Position numbers and translations under genes: made by a program. From Ramazzottius varieornatus (lineage: Eukaryota; Animalia; Tardigrada), in contig BDGG01000004.1 of NCBI GenBank assembly GCA_001949185.1, positions 1,017,620 to 1,081,619 on the forward strand: DNA of 64,000 bases, written 5' to 3'. Of the stretch, positions 61,501 to 64,000 are shown in pieces (position 1 is the stretch's first letter; each line of letters begins with the position of its first letter). The notes beneath the pieces were generated by a model, which was not told the origin of the DNA, made no database searches, and was given only the letters and a program-made list of their open reading frames with translations.

Positions 61501-64000
61501 ATAACAGAGAACTAGAGCCGATGCTGTTCAAATCGGCGGATCTCCACTACGACATTCTCCAACAGCCTCAATATGGCTTCATAGGTATAACGTAACAGAA
61601 ATAGTGCGTCATTAAAACTCATTCCATGGAATAAAGTATCGTAGAATAATACCGCGCTCGTCAGGTAGATTAATTGTTTTATCGTAGGCAAAAAGACTTT
61701 TACTTTATAGCCAACTTAAGCTTCGTAAACACCTTTCCGACTCTGTTTTTGCGATCCAGTCCTGGTTAGAGGGCCTTTTTCTTGAACATAGGTAGTGATA
61801 TAATTATATCTGCTCTTCTACAGGACTGCTTGATGGAACCGATGGGTCCAGCGGACAAGGAGTTCCTCGCCGGACAGATACATTCACCCAAAAAGATCTG
61901 CAAGAGGGACGTGTGGCCTACGTTCAGTCTTCCGCGTCCCTGCCAGCGGACCATACGCATCCCAATACTGACCGCTTCTACTTCAGTGTCAGATTAACCA
62001 AACCGCAGCCAGCTCGATTGGACAAGCTGATGTTCGAGATCAAGATCCGCGCTTCGTCCGATTCCAGCATCCGGTCTTCCTCGTTGATCGTTCCCAGCGG
62101 CAGCTCAGTCTTGCTCAAACGGCTGCACCTCGACGCAACTCGTTTCATGCCACGAGGAGAGTGGAAAAAGATCCAGTACACGGTCGTCAACACGCCCAAA
62201 CTGGGGACGCTCAACCTGGACAGTTCGAACATTCTGAAGGCTGGAAGCACTTTTACCCAGACAGACATCAACAAGGTACGACATCGCATCGCAGTAGTGC
62301 CAATTGCAGAAGAATTCCTCACCATAGTCGAGGCGTTTGATATCATTTCAAGCCAGCAGACGTTTCCTGGCAGAACCAAACAAGAGCAAAATAGTTGTGC
62401 CGCGAATTAGCTTGGAGAATAACTTGATGGTTCTTGCAGCACCGTCTGAATTACCAGCACTTCGGAAAGGACGGTCAGACAACCCGTGACACGATCGTTC
62501 TGGACCTGTCCATGCCTCAACGCAAGCCTGTGCGCCTGACCGTTAACATCACCATCGCCACGTCCGACACGCATCTGAAAGTAACGGCACAAGATGCCGA
62601 CGTGGTTTCTGGCGACAACCTGACACTCAGTCAAGATGTTTTACGCACTAACCAGGACAGCAACCCAGGCTTGGCCCTTCGATATCGCCTGTTTAAGGAT
62701 GTTCGCGGTGGACAGTTTTTGCTGCGTGGCTCCGCCACTCGCGAGTTCTCGCAGCGTGACATCATTAGCAAGGCGGTCATGTTCTGTCATGATGGCGTCA
62801 CAGATGATCCACGTACTATTGCTGTCCAGCTGGAGACCCTCTTGCCGCGAGATACCAACGCCAGCAGCGCCGTTTCCGAACTGCTGCTGTTGAACATCCA
62901 TGTCATTCCTTTCTACTTCCGGCTGGACAACCAAGCTAACATGAGTCTTCTCCAAGGTAAAATTTACGGCAAAGTATATTTTCATTCTGAAACAAAAACT
63001 ACAATATACGTGAAAAAGGTTTATGGCACGGTACCAAACTTTTAGTACAATTATAAAGCTTGCAGATTTCAGTGGCAGATAGTAATCAACGACATTGCCT
63101 ACATAATCGTGATCATTTTCTACAGTGATTCTGATATTCGTTCAATTTTGCGTCTGTTCTGTCAGGTACTTTCGAGATGGCTCTGAATACTTCCGTAATA
63201 TCGATCGGCTCCAACGCTGATAAATCGCGTATCTCCTACCAAGTTCTCAAGGAGCCTCGATACGGTCATCTTCGATCGGCCAACACGTCTCGACCGGTGC
63301 CACTGAAAACCTTCACCCAAACCGATGTGGACAAGAGCCGAATTTTCTACCAGCAAACCGCGCTCGACCAGTGGGAAGACTCTTTCATGCTGCAGATCTC
63401 TTTAAAGAAAGGGCCCAACTTTATCACTTTACCCAACAAGACCCTTCACGTGACGTAAGTTCGGAACGTCACATTCCTCCAGCAACGCTAGTTGATGTGA
63501 TACTATAGTATCGTAGTTTCCAACTTTTCATCGTTGTAGGGTTGTTCCTTTGGCAAAGATGGAACCCATAACCGTAGCTGCAAGTCACGCTATCCCACTT
63601 TCTCTCTCCATGCTCGACGCTTCCGCCCTGAAAACTCATACAGGCCAAGAACCAACCTACCGCATCCTGAGCGGACCACTTTTCGGCTCTCTGATGTGGG
63701 CCAATCAGACCGACAGCTCTCAACCCGCGAACAAAAGCTTCACTACCGAGAAAGTCACCTGGTTCCGTCACGACGACATCGTCCACAAGCGTATCCTATA
63801 CAAAAGTCCAATGGACCTCCGCCTCTCTGCTCCAGGCGGAGACATCCATGACAGCATAGTCTTCCTCCTTACAGCCGGTCCTGAAGTTCAGACAGCCCGA
63901 GGAACCATCCAGATCAAAGTCAAGCAGCTCTTCCAAACTCCCACCAAGATAGCTACGAACGATACAGCGCTCATAGCAGGTATCGTCATCTCTGTTGTGA
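49503..64000 (+). CDS. CSPG4: Chondroitin sulfate proteoglycan 4 (NG2 / kon-tiki / perdido), 3' end beyond the window
   Basis: Signal-peptide exon 49503-49746 splices (phase 1) to 55161 ASFYGDSHL...FRTRQRDALLMLAAGD. Two laminin-G domains, an EGF-like repeat and many CSPG repeats (FTQxDI, YxHDGSE) follow. A TM helix begins at the window end (TALIAGIVISVV). Confidence 0.93.
51204..51248. repeat. Family-2 palindromic element core in the first coding intron of CSPG4
   Basis: AGTGGCGCAG-N25-CTGCGCCACT. Confidence 0.8.
55827..55871. repeat. Family-2 palindromic element core in a CSPG4 intron
   Basis: AGTGGCGCAC-N25-GTGCGCCAGT, preceded by TACAAGATCGTTAT. Confidence 0.85.
57670..57801. mobile_element. 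Most complete Family-2 palindromic (MITE-like) element, ~130 bp, in a CSPG4 intron
   Basis: GAAACTGGAGGCCGGGATACGAAGCGAACAACATCGTTATCTCAAGTTGCGCACG pairs imperfectly along its whole length with 57746-57801. Confidence 0.8.

Overview
Eukaryotic, gene-dense animal DNA with short GT-AG introns (mostly 55-135 nt). The compact layout would fit an invertebrate such as a tardigrade, but the organism cannot be proven from the sequence. Recognisable genes in order: a long CHRAC1/POLE4-like histone-fold protein (-), SMIM12 (+), a sigma-class GST (+), SDR42E1 (+), RRP8 (-), PRPF8 (-, 17 exons), a PEBP (-), an ETNPPL/PHYKPL-type PLP enzyme (+), MED25 (+), FERRY3/C12orf4 (-), a golgin-160/GOLGA3-like giant coiled coil (+) and CSPG4/NG2/kon-tiki (+, running off the window at its TM helix). 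Family assignments come from recalled motifs, not database searches. Notable points: (1) an unrecognised three-member local gene family sharing a ~60-aa helical N-terminal domain, comprising a 444-aa domain+RRM+K/E-rich protein, a 62-aa domain-only microprotein, and a 5'-broken copy whose 3' 812 bp is ~99.5% identical to the intact gene, with the two long copies flanking PRPF8; (2) two families of fixed-spacing inverted motif pairs (CACCTGCATAC-N28-31-GTATGCAGGTG and AGTGGCGCAC-N25-GTGCGCCACT) that occupy six of the seven long PRPF8 introns and introns of other genes; (3) tandem phase-0 exon modules lengthening the golgin; (4) several small non-autonomous transposons, one with a 12-bp target duplication supported by an empty site in the paralogous copy. 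No rRNA, tRNA or CRISPR array was recognised.
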